64,000 nt of DNA from assembly GCF_964204645.1 (NCBI RefSeq), contig NC_134025.1, forward strand, positions 13,578,001-13,642,000, in the 5' to 3' direction. The stretch is from Tubulanus polymorphus. Lineage: Eukaryota > Animalia > Nemertea. The position numbers were made by a program, and so were the translations under genes. Numbering within the stretch: the first letter of the stretch is position 1; each line of letters begins with the position of its first letter. Of the stretch, positions 52,527 through 64,000 are shown piece by piece. The notes beneath the pieces were generated by a model. That model ran no database searches. It saw nothing but the letters and a program-made list of their open reading frames with translations, and had not been told where the DNA came from.

Positions 52527-52617
52527 AACAAGAAAATTAATTTAGAAAAATTATTTGACGTCTGCGAAAAAAATGTAGAAGTTTCATAATGTTAATGTTT
52601 TATAAGGCGTCAAAAAA
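52527..52617 (-). mobile_element. Minimal ends-only HINE copy (88-91 bp)
   Basis: The reverse complement is the left end TTTTTGACGCCTTATAAAA...ATTATGAAAC fused to the right end TTCTACATTTTTTTCGCAGACGTCAAATAATTT...AATTTTCTTGTT of the element at 52825-53972. Confidence 0.85.
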
Positions 52618-52824
52618 TTTCAAACATCAGATACGATTTTGGAATCGAATGATATCTATGTCAATACAAGAATAATTAAGCAAATGTTTCTCAAAGATCT
52701 ACTAACCTATGAAAATAACAATGTTGATACATGGTGTAAAAGATTTTTCAATAGAATATGTACCCCTCTAGATTGTGTAAATAACTTCACAGATCAGGTG
52801 CATATACAATACATGACTCTGACA

Positions 52825-53972
52825 TTTTTTGACGCCTTATAAAACGTTACCATTATGAAACCTAAACAATGCTAACCATTCAGCGTCATTTTACAAACGA
52901 CAACAGTAAATCGATGTGCAAAACGTCACAGGTTTATGTGTACACATACAAGCTATTTGGCAAAATATTATTGATAAAGATGTAGAATGGCTCCCTGTGA
53001 TTATATAATGACCTCTATTGAACGTCGGAATGTTATATTGCATTGAATATCATGAGAAGACGTATTGTAATAGTAAAGGATGTATGATTATTACAGGAGC
53101 GGCAGGCATAAATAGAAATGATAAGTAAATCGGATTATTCGGTTAAATGGCGGATGTATACACGATTTGGAAGTCTGATATAAAAGTCAGACCCTGTCAT
53201 GGGGATGCTAGTGGAATGACGAAGCTATCTACGATCTGAGTAGGGCCGGCGTGAATTTCATCGGCGGCTACAAGCGGTCTATATAAAAACGTGTAAACAT
53301 ATAATTTCAATATTCAAATGTTTTAGAAAATATGTTCGATATTAGGGGTATGCAGGTTTCATGAGATTAGCAATTTATAATAGCATAGCTGTCATATACG
53401 GCTCCGCGTCCACTGATGGCATGTGTATAAGGTGACAATTCAATTCAATACTTTATTGATCCTTATTACATTGAAATTCCGGATAAAATTCCCAAATTCA
53501 ATAAAGTTACAAATTTTAAACTAAGAAAATACAAAATACAAGACACACGGGTAATTCATACAGAATAACATGAATAAGTTATTTAAATGACAATGTCTAC
53601 TTCAACCCAGACTCAAGTCTAGGATATCGAGTGACAGCCAAACCGGGCCCCGGGACCGGGCCGGCTGGCTACACGATATGCTCGAAGTCATGATGAAGCA
53701 AACATCAGAAGAGCTCTTTCTTCAACCATGGAGGCAATGAAGTTGCAGACCAGCTTAGAGGCAAAAGTGAATCGAAGTCGGTCACAAGTTGACAATTTTT
53801 TTTTTAATTAGACCAGTCGAAGACTATATCATCTACCCAATCGCCAAATCTCATAATTCCCCAAATTTCTTATAACTTCGATTTCAAATTTGCAATTCCA
53901 CATTAGCTTATCCCAGAAATTCTACATTTTTTCGCAGGCGTCAAATAATTTATTAAAGTTAATTTTCTTGTT
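52825..53972 (+). mobile_element. HINE-like element, copy 2 of the TTTGACGCC family (complete ends)
   Basis: Starts TTTTTTGACGCC and ends GGCGTCAAA...AATTTTCTTGTT. Inserted in a T run without a TSD. Removing it restores the LINE frame (IHDSDI-SLYKDAW). Confidence 0.8.
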
Positions 53973-54899
53973 TCCCTATATAAGGATGCTTGGAAAATAT
54001 CACTAAGCACTAAACCAAACTTACCAACTTACAGGACAGTTAAGGAGAATCTTTCCCCCGTACCTTATATTACATCCAACCTATCTCGATCTAAGAGATC
54101 GCTACTGGCTCAAATCAGAAGCGGCACCCTAGGTCTACAGATCGAAATTGAACAATACCGTAATATAAGGCTCGAGGATAGAATATGTCCTTTTTGTAGT
54201 GAAAACAAGGTAGAAAGCGAATTTCATTTTGTCATGTAATGTCCCCAAATTTGAAACCCATAGATCTGTTATATTGAAATAAAGTTAAAGATATTGACCC
54301 TTGTTTTGAAAATCTGGACAAACGGTTTCAATTCATACAAATTATGTCTAGTCATCAAATTCTACTCTGCAATTTTCTCTTTACTGCATGGTCAATAAGA
54401 AATTTACTTTTGAACCCAATTTTGTAACCATTCACTTTGTAGAAATATCTTTATACATGTGTGTGTATGTGTATGTATGCAGTATGTCATCAGTGAGTAT
54501 AAAGAGGCTTATAAGTCTTAATTAGGGCTGGGTACTCAATTTTTATATTCTGTTTATTTCCATATATAATGTACATGTCACTATGATATATAAAATAGAT
54601 TTTAAAAAATAAAAGGACTTAATCAAGTATCGACGAAGTTATTTCTCTGGAAACGATTTTGCTGTTTTTGCGCCTCTCAGCACAGCTACCCATTCACACT
54701 GAGTGATGTATAGTAGTCATTTGTATATTAATTGACTTCATAAATGAATAAATATCAACGACTTGGTGATAAACTCTTATTCAAAATATTTCTTATATAA
54801 TTTTGATCGACTATCATCACCATTCAGTGTGATACAATGTTAATAACTTTTAGCCACAATCCTGGAACTACCTCTTTCTGTGAACGCAATAATATAGAC

Positions 54900-55331
54900 G
54901 AGTGTGTTTTACACCACAGGCAACATACCCAACCGATTCCAGGCATTGTCATTAAAGGTCTTCGAGGCAAAAAGCAGGGATATGAAAAATACAAACTTGC
55001 CTCTGGTGACCTTGACCTTTAACCCACGGGACCAGAAATCTTATCAGTTACCCATGGTCTCCAGGATAACCCATCCAACTGTTTATGAATTATAGCCCAG
55101 AAATGAAATTTACAAAATGGCTGTGACCTTGACCCTCGACCTACAGGACCCAAAATCTATTCATTCACTAATCTCAGCTAGTACAACACAATCGTTGAAT
55201 TTCAGGAAAATCTGTCAAAGGGTTTAAGTGCGAGGGCACGAAAACCCCTGTGGACAAACTACCAGACGGATGGACGATGAAGTGTATACAGTATGACGCC
55301 CACAACGCATTATGGGGGCATAGTAATAAAA
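54900..55331 (-). mobile_element. HINE-type element with two GTGACCTTGACC repeat units
   Basis: GTGACCTTGACC...GGACC.AAATC at about 55005 and 55122. A GACGGATGGACG microsatellite and the terminal hairpin GCCCACAA...TATGGGGGC precede an A-rich end. Confidence 0.6.
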
Positions 55332-56529
55332 ACTGCCCATAAAATACAAACAAACAAAGATCAGTCATGTTAGGGGCCTGCTCAAGTGACCAGTTTTGAT
55401 CAGGCTATAGTCCAAAAAATCGATACCTCCTTCAAATGATCTTACTTTCAATGAGAACTGAAATGCAATGATAAATGATACTATAATTTGTCATGGGAAT
55501 CAACCATCTGAAGCAGTATATTCGGTGAAATGTCAGAAACCTACTCAATTATGTACGTAATCTAGCGATGTCTTTGAAAGGTTTACTGACGAAATTTGAC
55601 ACAGAACAATTTCAATCGAGATGAAATCACAATTTGAAATGTTGTTGCTAATGTAGAATATCATACAATAAAACATGTTATATTCTTTATTTTGTCAAAA
55701 TTTATGATTCAAAGTTCAAAGGTCAGCTAGTCAGATCCACACACTAAACCAAGCGTTTTGACAAGCTATCATTTGTGCAAGTGGTACCTTGTTTGTGGAA
55801 TGCGCTACCTATCAAGTAGACCAGCTTGATAATGCTTTCAGATGAAAATAATAGACTCATCTTTTTAGCATTTTACCTAATTGACCCGTTACTGTTTTTG
55901 TACTGCCTAGTTTATTTTGTAAATTTCAGTTATATCGCAATTTTACTTCTTTTCTATATTCTGTAAAGCACCTTATAGCCTTTAGGAATAAGGTGCTGTA
56001 TAAAGTTTCAAATAATGATAATAATAATGATAGGAATAATAATAATATTGTAAAATTAAGGTCAAAACTAAAGGAGACTTCCAACGGTTTATTTCAATAT
56101 GTTTATCCCAACAAAGTGTTCTCAGTCAAGTACAAGCTTCTAGATCCATCAGAAAACAATTGATAGAGAGGAACTTATGATTCAAATCTATAATTAACAT
56201 TCAATCATCACTAATACTATACTTATCCAATGTTTGATACTTAAATAACGTATACGGTAACCATTTCTCATTTCGTCTCATTTCATAGTAAATTGGGCAT
56301 TCTATACGCGTGTATGACAGTTAACTCTCAATGTTAGTTCATGAACGCTAAATGTACATAGACTGACTGATCAATGTCTTATCTCTGCGTCACCATCATG
56401 TGTAAAAGCATTTCACTGCAATAATCGCTCATCTAAAATAATTCTTCCAATGAGGACGTTACATCAATTCAATTAGCTAATCTAAGGTCATACTTATTAA
56501 TATCAGAACTAGTTCCACCCTCGGATTAA

Positions 56530-56953
56530 CCCTGATATCACTGATCTCACAATTTTCACTATAGTCAAGTCTTTTGCAACTATTGTGACATCATATGACG
56601 ATTGAAATGGCTGTTAGGTGTAGTACAATGACATTAGAGACATCTTTGTATATTCTGCTTCCGATGATAGTCATTATACCGATGCTGAATCGGAGTTCAA
56701 ACCCGGAAATGAAAGTGAGTCCAAAAATTATTATGATCCCCAGCTGGGCTAACTACAGCCTATACTAATAATGTTTACATCATTTGAAAGGTTGTTATAA
56801 TCCCTAGCAAACATTCAATCACACAAAAGCTACGTCTCATACAGTAATAGAGCTGTAGCCATTTGAAAATGACTCCTACTTAGACTGCAATAAGGAGAAA
56901 TTAAACCGGGTCTGAATGGAACATTGTTGAAAATTAATCCAGTAACAAGAGGG
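56530..56953 (+). mobile_element. Old piggyBac-like MITE
   Basis: TTAA|CCCT...AGGG|TTAA with weak TIRs. An internal acidic stub reads DIFVYSASDDSHYTDAESEFKPGNESES. Confidence 0.4.
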
Positions 56954-58407
56954 TTAATATCATTATCAAAATAGACATTAGCTATATTGAAGGCCAACTG
57001 CCCCAATGCTATTCAACACCATAATTCAACATTCTTACGTTACAGCAATCAATAAATGGAAAATTTACATCAAATCTGTTCATATATTTGAAGATAAATG
57101 TACTAGATGAATGAGCACTTAAGTGAGAGATTGAGAACTTCAGCATACCGCAATATACCCAAGCTCAGCTGCCATACTTCACTCTTCACTCTTTTAAGTG
57201 CTTTGAAAACTCTTAGGTTGGTATTATTAATAAAGATTGTCATAGTCAGCGCAATAAAACTGACTGTTCAAATCTCCTGCAATATTAGCCACTGACTAAC
57301 AGCATTAGAGCTACAACTTTTACAATGATGGGATTATCGAAACAGTTAGCTCTATGAAGTAATAATCCAGAAAAATTGTGTTGAGCAAGTATAAAAATCA
57401 GCTGCACATATGAAATTGGATAGTTTTTAACTATTGCATTGTTATCCTGATTAATAAACCAGCTGCAATCTTGAATTATCCTTTAAAAAATAGCTACAAA
57501 TGACCAGACCTTGGGGAGGGCAGACATACTTGTACATTATTTCTCCGCCGATGAGATTAGAGCAACGTGGTGATACTCATTCATTCTTAATACATTACAT
57601 CCCTCGAAATCTGCGTTGAAGTGGGTATGCAAAATGAACCGTGAACATTTCAGTGGATACGAAATGAAATATAGAGGATGACTAGATAACCGTAACAGAA
57701 ACTAGTGTCAGTCAATGACCACTGATAACACATGCGGCGCAATGAAGCATCACTTGTCACTGGTGGATTAGTAAACGCATTAAGGGACATTGCCTACTCT
57801 GCGCACCACTGAAGGGATCATGAAATATTAGCTGATATCAGATTCATCAATCTTTTTCTATCAGATAACCAATTGATTTTTCAAATCGAAAAGAAACAGT
57901 TTCAACAGCAATTGAAAGGCACACTTGAACAAATTTTTTCTGACAAGATACATAGAAATCATTTTTGTTGTCAAGTTAACTTTCCCTGAACATCAAAGCT
58001 GGTGAAACGATCAAAAATGGCTTACCAACACTTTGCATACCAAATGAGAGATGCAAGAAGGCATATTGAATGAAAATTGGTGATGAAATCGGATTAACGA
58101 TCAAATATCTGCAGACTCCAATACAAGATCAATTCGTAATGGACTAATGGCATCTTACACATAGCCTTGACAGTGTTTCTAATCTGTTGAAGGTGCTTGA
58201 AACATGGCTAGAAAAATTGGATTCACTCTCAATAACTGGTGATTATGAAAGATACTGCGAAGGTGGAGCATTCGGGATTGACAGTTAATACAAAGATGTA
58301 GACAATTCAAGGTTTCTTTATTGGAGGCTAAAAGGCAATCTTCATTGTATTCTAGAAACAACACCCTTCATATAATAGGATGAAAATATCCAACATTCGA
58401 GGCTGCA

Positions 58408-58727
58408 GTCCAAAATGGACAGGCTCCAGTTGCATAATTAACTCTTAAACCTATAATGGACGCCTTCAGCCCAAGAATTCGCGTATAATTTTCACTACCG
58501 AGACAAGACCATAATGGTCAAGGGGGTCAGTTCCACAATTGATAATTAGGCCAAAATGGCCAGGGCCCTGTTTCACGGTTGAAACTGAATTCCTTTTGAC
58601 AGCCCTCATTCCACACTCAAGGCTGAAGTGGACAGAGCCCTGTTTCACAATTGAAGCTGAAATCCTAATAGACGGGTCCAGTTCCACAATGAGGGCTGGA
58701 ATTCAAATGGCCAGGATCCAGTTTGAC
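58408..58727. repeat. Degenerate minisatellite (~35-40 bp units)
   Basis: Recurring (AA)TGG.CAG.G.CC.GTT(T/C)CACAATTGA motif at about 58410, 58509, 58551, 58628, 58668 and 58704. Confidence 0.6.
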
Positions 58728-59814
58728 TATTGAGATTTGAATTTTAAATCTGACTGTCCTGGTTTCAATCTGGAGTTAGTTCAAAGTAACCAGTTTTGAA
58801 CCTCCTCGTCATTGATTTTCTTAAACGTGCCAGGAAATCCCTGGACATTGAGCACTTGTTATACATCCACTGTCTGCAGCATTTACGATGTATGTATAGA
58901 TATTTGCATCTACAACACTTATTTTTATTGAATTCAACTGCATTGTCAAAGTTTGAATTTTTAATACGTAAGTAAATAAATAAGTAAATTAACCCAACTT
59001 TTCCCATAAAATTTCGATCATTTTTTAACATGACAAAATGTCTTTTTTTAGAGTATGGCATATTTCTTTGCCGATCACCGTAGCAAGAATACTGCATAGT
59101 AGTGCACTGGGCTGTAAGCTACCACTACCAGCAATCTGTTTTTACAAAGCCATACATTTACGACTGAGATTTCAGTAGCTGTGGACATCAAATTGAAAAG
59201 AAATGTTAAATAAATGGAATAGTTAACACATCACAAAAAACTTGCCACATGAAAATGCAGCCAACGAATGCATAGTAATTTCCTTTCATATTCCATTACA
59301 GAGAGCTAATGAAGAATACTGTATTTTTGTTGCTATAAAACTTTTTGTTTGATTGGATAGATAAAAATATGTCATGCTTCCTGGAAGTAATTGCCACTAC
59401 AGGGTCATGACTCCTTAAGAGTCAAGTGTAGCCTACTCATCAAAATTCTTATCATGGATCTTATTTAAAAGTTAACTGACCCATAAACCAGTAAAAATGT
59501 TGTTCAATCGTTAGTATTTCAGTAATCCATCATCCATTACAGCAAAAATTTTACAAGACGGATTAATTATGTATTTATGTGATATCATCTATCGTTAAAA
59601 ACAAAAGCTATTTTTAGGCTACACCTGTTTTTTAAGGGGCCCTCAGGTCAAACTATGCGATGAAACTGTTAAAAGAAAATAGAGCGGATAGTACAGTATT
59701 AGAACCCGGCCAGCATGTCTCCTCACTAGCCCCCAACCTCTATCTCTGACCCTAACGCTATCCTGTGCCAGGAGGCTTAGAATGATTCGAGAATTCGGGC
59801 AAAAACCTGCAAGT

Positions 59815-59930
59815 CAACCCCATAGCTCAAGTGGTAGAGCACGCATGATTATAATTAGTTACAAGCTCTCCCGCTGCCCTTGCACCGGTGGGGTGTCTCT
59901 GCCTTAATTAGGGGTGTTATAAATGGTCAA
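59815..59930 (+). repeat. tRNA-derived SINE-like head (A box only)
   Basis: TAGCTCAAGTGGTAGAGC is a tRNA D-arm/A-box. No B box or cloverleaf follows, so this is not a tRNA gene. Confidence 0.4.
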
Positions 59931-60756
59931 GAGCTCTAAACCTCTATCTCTGACCCCAACCCTATCTCTAAACCTAAACCTAACCTTATGGACCCTCTTC
60001 TCAGCATCTGGACCCTTTTCTCACTCTTACCCTAATAATTGTTATCGATCCGGCTAAATATCTTTTTTGTGAAATAAAACAGGACCCACTTCCTAGATCT
60101 TTTGTATGATTAACGGCTTATACCTAAAAATCTCAATAAATTAATAGAAAAATGATAAACACCCCACAGAATAATCTTGTTCCATATCTAACCCAGAAAG
60201 AAAAATATTTTGTTCAGGAAACTGTTCTGAATTTTAACTTCCCCTAGTGTAAGTAGCATATATTGCAATGAAAAACATGAAATTAACTAACTCTGTATAG
60301 AAAACGAACGTTCAAAACCAGCGTGCACAAGATTCAAACCTATGCTACTATCACATGATTGATGAAAATACCACACAACTAGTGGTGGGTGTGCCGCTCT
60401 GGATTTGAGGCTCCCAAATCCATACATTATCATATGACCCAACAAATATACCTTAAATTCATTTTTCTACTTAGATATTGGTGTAGTTTCCATAATATTT
60501 GATCTATTTAAGAGAAAAGTTCATTCGGTATTCATTGAAATGTAGAAGAAATTGAACGCGAAAGACCTAGTAACTACTAGCGTACCAGACAGATCCTTGC
60601 TTGCCACAGGAGCGTTGGTAGTTCCCCATTGAATAATCTATATTCAACTGCTAAGGTAAGACACTTTTCTTGAACTATTAGAGGGGAGTTATATAAACTG
60701 TGCCTTGAGCTATCAACATTAAATGGTGCATACAATCTAACTAGTTTCAAACTTAC

Positions 60757-60803
60757 CTTGTGTCATTCATGGGATTGACGATGTTAAATCCGGTGAAATT
60801 CAC
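60757..60803 (-). CDS. Single 47-nt internal exon, probably ionotropic glutamate receptor (AMPA/kainate-like) amino-terminal domain
   Basis: Minus strand reads cctgttttccatttacttgttgcag|GTGAAT...GACACAAG|gtaagt, with strong acceptor and donor. Only one frame is open: VNFTGFNIVNPMNDT(R/S). It resembles the VN.TGF.I.N/D motif of non-NMDA iGluR ATDs and has two N-glycosylation sequons. Confidence 0.55.
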
Positions 60804-62042
60804 CTGCAACAAGTAAATGGAAAACAGGCGCTAACAATATGCATAGTGATTGCGTAAACCAACTAATACAAGTGAATACAAAGTGACGAAATGTTTTTCA
60901 TCACAGAATTAGCGTTACCAAGATCGATAATCACCCACAGTATAGGAAGATGGAAGGACAAGCAGCTGCTTTACAGAAATTAACATCAATAAATGTATCA
61001 TTTTCATTTTTATAAAACAAATCAATAGTTGTTGGACAGTACTGTTCACAGAGTTAAAAAACCTTGTGAATATCAAAAGTTTAACTCAAATTGTCAATAA
61101 TCAAAAAGGCTGCTTGTTTCAGGATAACATATAATTCATGCAACATCTTCCAATTTTCCAGAAATCATCTCACTTCGGGATACCCTATTAAATATCTGAC
61201 AAAAACAAAACCTATCATAATTACCTTTTTATTGATTCCCTACAGCAATTCGAGACACCTGAAAATCAAATTTCTATTTGATGAGTTTCCATTATAAAGA
61301 TAAGAATGAAGTTATCTATCATGTTAAATGTAAGAAGACACACAGGAAATAAACCATCACTATAACAAAGTATCCCACAGGCTGAACTATTTGGTAACTG
61401 CTCATTTTACGTATTCTCAGGCATAAGGTGCAAAACCATCAATTGACACAAGAATCACACAAGCTGAAATAGCTTTTATCACTGACAAATAAATATGGGT
61501 ACAGCAACTGGTGATTTGTCACTGATCGTGTAGCATCAGTTGTTGTATCATCGGTTGTAAGCCCTGCGTAGCTGGATCATGTTTCAAATTGCGTGTTTGT
61601 ATGAATTTGACTGGTCAAAATGAATTGTGAGTTTTATTCCCGATGGTTATGCTTTAACCTATTAACTGGCTGCTAGCAACTGATTTGAATAGACCAGCTA
61701 AAGTGAATAGAATAGGCAAGTATTGATTTCAGTGAAGCATTTTAACTCATTTTCCCATGAGCAGATGGCGACACCAGACAGCCCATAATGTTTAACAAAG
61801 CAGGAAAGTGATATATCAGCAAGTTGTGTAATGTTTCAGAGCATCCGCAAAACAACCAATGTGCATGCGCGAATTCGCAGGACTTAAAAAAAATCTAAGA
61901 AATAATGTCAAAAAATTGGGATTTGAACACGCAAACTCGAGCGTACAAGCGTAAGACTCTATCCAGCGGCTGGCAAATCACCCAACTTTTTGACTACTTA
62001 TAGCCTTACCCTTAACCCTTCCCTATTACAATGCATAACGGA

Positions 62043-62135
62043 ACCTAACCCTAACCCTAACCCTAAAGACCGTCTTGACCCTAACCCCCGGACCCTCTAG
62101 ACCCTAAACCCTGGACCCTCTAGGCCCTAACCCTT
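62043..62135 (+). repeat. Short interstitial (CCCTAA)n-like tract
   Basis: Three exact CCCTAA units followed by degenerate GACCCT variants. Related tracts at 59730-59760 and 59932-60035. Confidence 0.7.
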
Positions 62136-63859
62136 TAGCAATTCAAAAGGCAGCCATTTTGTTTCTTTCAATATCACTTCCGTTTCATGGATGCTCTAAA
62201 ACATTATCCAAATTGCGATATATCATACATTTGGCATGTCGTAGGGGGTATAAAAATCATGTGTCACGTGGGTCAGATTTCTGAAGTTGAGAAGATCGTC
62301 AGTACATATCAATGGCCAATGCACTAAAGACACTCTCTAGCGAGTTTGTCTGGTATTTTGGACATAGTAATGAGAGGTTCTGATGATAATTCATCTTGGG
62401 ATGAATCTGATGCTAGTACTGATTATGGCTGGCCCGACAATCTGGATGACCTTGGAGGTCAATGACCATAGTTTTCAAACTTGGTACGATTCTAAAGCTT
62501 GTGAAAAGAGCTTTCAAAGAATATATACTAGTATGGAGTTTGGAGTAGTATGGAGGAAAACCAAGGCAGGTGAAATGCGTCCTTGGAGCAATTTTAGACA
62601 AGTATAATCTAAGTATTTCAAATCTGGTGTTGAATTAATCTTAGCAGCAAAATCGACTTAGTCTGAACCCCACAAGTACATGACATGTTCAAAATGTTAT
62701 TTTCGTAAAGCTATACTTACTTTTAATTTGTGCTTCGTCCATATACGGCCCTATGTATCATGCTGTCTGACGTCTGTTCAAACCATCAGAGGAGATTAGA
62801 ATATGTAACACTAGCAAGATTTGGATTGATCAGCATTCTCAAAACCTTGTCACAGACAAGATGTGTTTGCAAATTCAAATGCACTTGGAACAAGATTAAC
62901 TTTGTCTTATCTGGTAGAATATAAATCTCATAATAGTTAATTATATATTGTATGAGACTATATTTAGTAAAGAAAACCACCATATCGAGTAGCCCATTAG
63001 CTTAGGTCGAATTAGAATAAAAAGGGATTGGAACAACCCCTCTAAGAGTCCATCATTGTGCGACTTAATTAATACCATCCTTACACCTAAACACTACAAA
63101 CCTATCAATAAAATGACCATTTCCTATAGAAAAAAAACAACTACCAATATTCATTATGATATACTAATGCCTAGGTTGAGATTACTGTAGAATATCAAGA
63201 ATGATGAATGCATGACCTTATAACCACAGAGCTAACAACCCTGACTACAATGCCATCTATCAATAATATACTGCAATAAATTATGAGTATTATTCCTCTG
63301 GGTTTGAGGTAAATTTTACAGTATTGCGGCGGATATATGTTTGAAGAATACGATATTTACAGTTTAGTTATGTGGCGAGGTAAGTTATGGCTACAGTCGA
63401 ACCCAGAGTCAGCTTTTATATAAGAACCCTGGTACCACAATGATCTTACGAATTCCCATCCGTAATAATGACTATCAACTACATCTATCTAACGCAAGGA
63501 TTACCACGTGGCTTATGCCATTATATTCTTACGACAACAGAGCTACACCACGCTAACACGTTATCAGAGCACGCTCATTGGTAAAAGATTATATTCAATC
63601 ATTCACAAGTTACAACAAAGAGTGCTTGTTACTAGTAAGCACTTTAAATGCAGCTTGCTATTTTCTGTGGTGCAATGTCAAACATTGTGTAGCTCTTTGC
63701 TGACGATTTAACAAGAACGACTTCCTCATTAGGACAGTCCCAATTATTGGTGACCTGATTTCATCAATTCAAAGTAGCATGAACGATAATGAAAGAATCC
63801 GCCATACTATTTACCAATAAAAAGGCTCAAAACTTTTAGCAATAAATCTGGAATTGACT

Positions 63860-64000
63860 TAGCAGATTCGACTGACAAGAAGTAGTGTCATATTTAATAT
63901 GTGATAAAAATCAACAAAATTCACTTTATTTTTCAATTTACTTTACACTTAAATGATCCTAATACAACTCCTTCAAGATCAGGACTAAATGAAATTATAA
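63860..64000 (+). repeat. Dispersed repeat shared with 36430-36560, runs off the window
   Basis: Direct sequence match to 36430-36560. Confidence 0.7.

Larger units (their letters stand above)
51673..54612 (+). pseudogene. 5'-truncated RTE-X-like LINE (RT domain to zinc-knuckle and 3' UTR), split by two insertions
   Basis: FRKNRSCQDHVF, FVDFEK..FVDR, GVRQGDPISPT, LAYADY (YADD mutated), YKYLGV, SYGAEIWG, GDMGW (51673-52527). RFWNRM...IIKQMF (52616-52824). KPNL.TYR.VK...LAQIRSG.L.LQIE...DRICPFC...ESEFHF..CP (53973-54245). Confidence 0.9.

Noticed and set aside
52018-52545. Longest ORF (175 aa) as a host gene
   Set aside because: It is part of a LINE RT with stops and frameshifts on both sides and a mutated YADD. 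Its last residues come from an insertion.
52527-53972. A single 1.45-kb TIR transposon
   Set aside because: The apparent TIRs are the right ends of two oppositely oriented HINE copies, and in-frame LINE sequence lies between them.
58026-58108. Phase-compatible candidate for the exon following 60757-60803
   Set aside because: The acceptor lacks a pyrimidine tract and the peptide (YLIVNPISSPIFIQYAFLHLSFGMQSV) shows no resemblance to an iGluR ATD.
59815-59890. tRNA gene
   Set aside because: Only the D-arm/A-box is present. There is no T-arm GTTC motif or acceptor stem.
62043-62135. True telomere or chromosome fusion site
   Set aside because: Only three exact units, no head-to-head TTAGGG/CCCTAA junction, and similar degenerate tracts nearby.
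62721-62773. Candidate upstream exon ending in gtaagt
   Set aside because: Frames are closed or phase-incompatible with the 47-nt exon.

Overview
AT-rich, repeat-dense eukaryotic DNA. The repeat repertoire (Helentron/HINE-type elements, DIRS and Ngaro tyrosine-recombinase retrotransposons, RTE-X- and Crack/L2-like LINEs, Harbinger, piggyBac and Mutator-like MITEs) points to an invertebrate animal, probably a marine lophotrochozoan or similar. That assignment is an inference. I see no intact protein-coding gene, rRNA, tRNA or CRISPR array, and nearly all ORFs in the track are spurious or pieces of decayed transposons. The only credible host-gene signal is one 47-nt minus-strand exon (60757-60803, VNFTGFNIVNPMNDT) resembling the amino-terminal domain of AMPA/kainate-type glutamate receptors, which would make most of the window a single giant intron. 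The best structures are: (i) a decayed DIRS element with readable RT, RNase H, MT-like and YR motifs plus an ITR/ICR end, nested in a HINE; (ii) a Ngaro-type recombinase remnant followed by two perfect RFX X-boxes; (iii) an RTE-X LINE hit twice by one HINE family, as an 88-91 bp ends-only minimal copy and a 1.15 kb copy head-to-head; (iv) several nested insertions with recognisable termini, some with TSDs. I cannot support a wholly new biological system. Family names come from motif recognition by eye, not from database searches, and boundaries are approximate unless termini are quoted.
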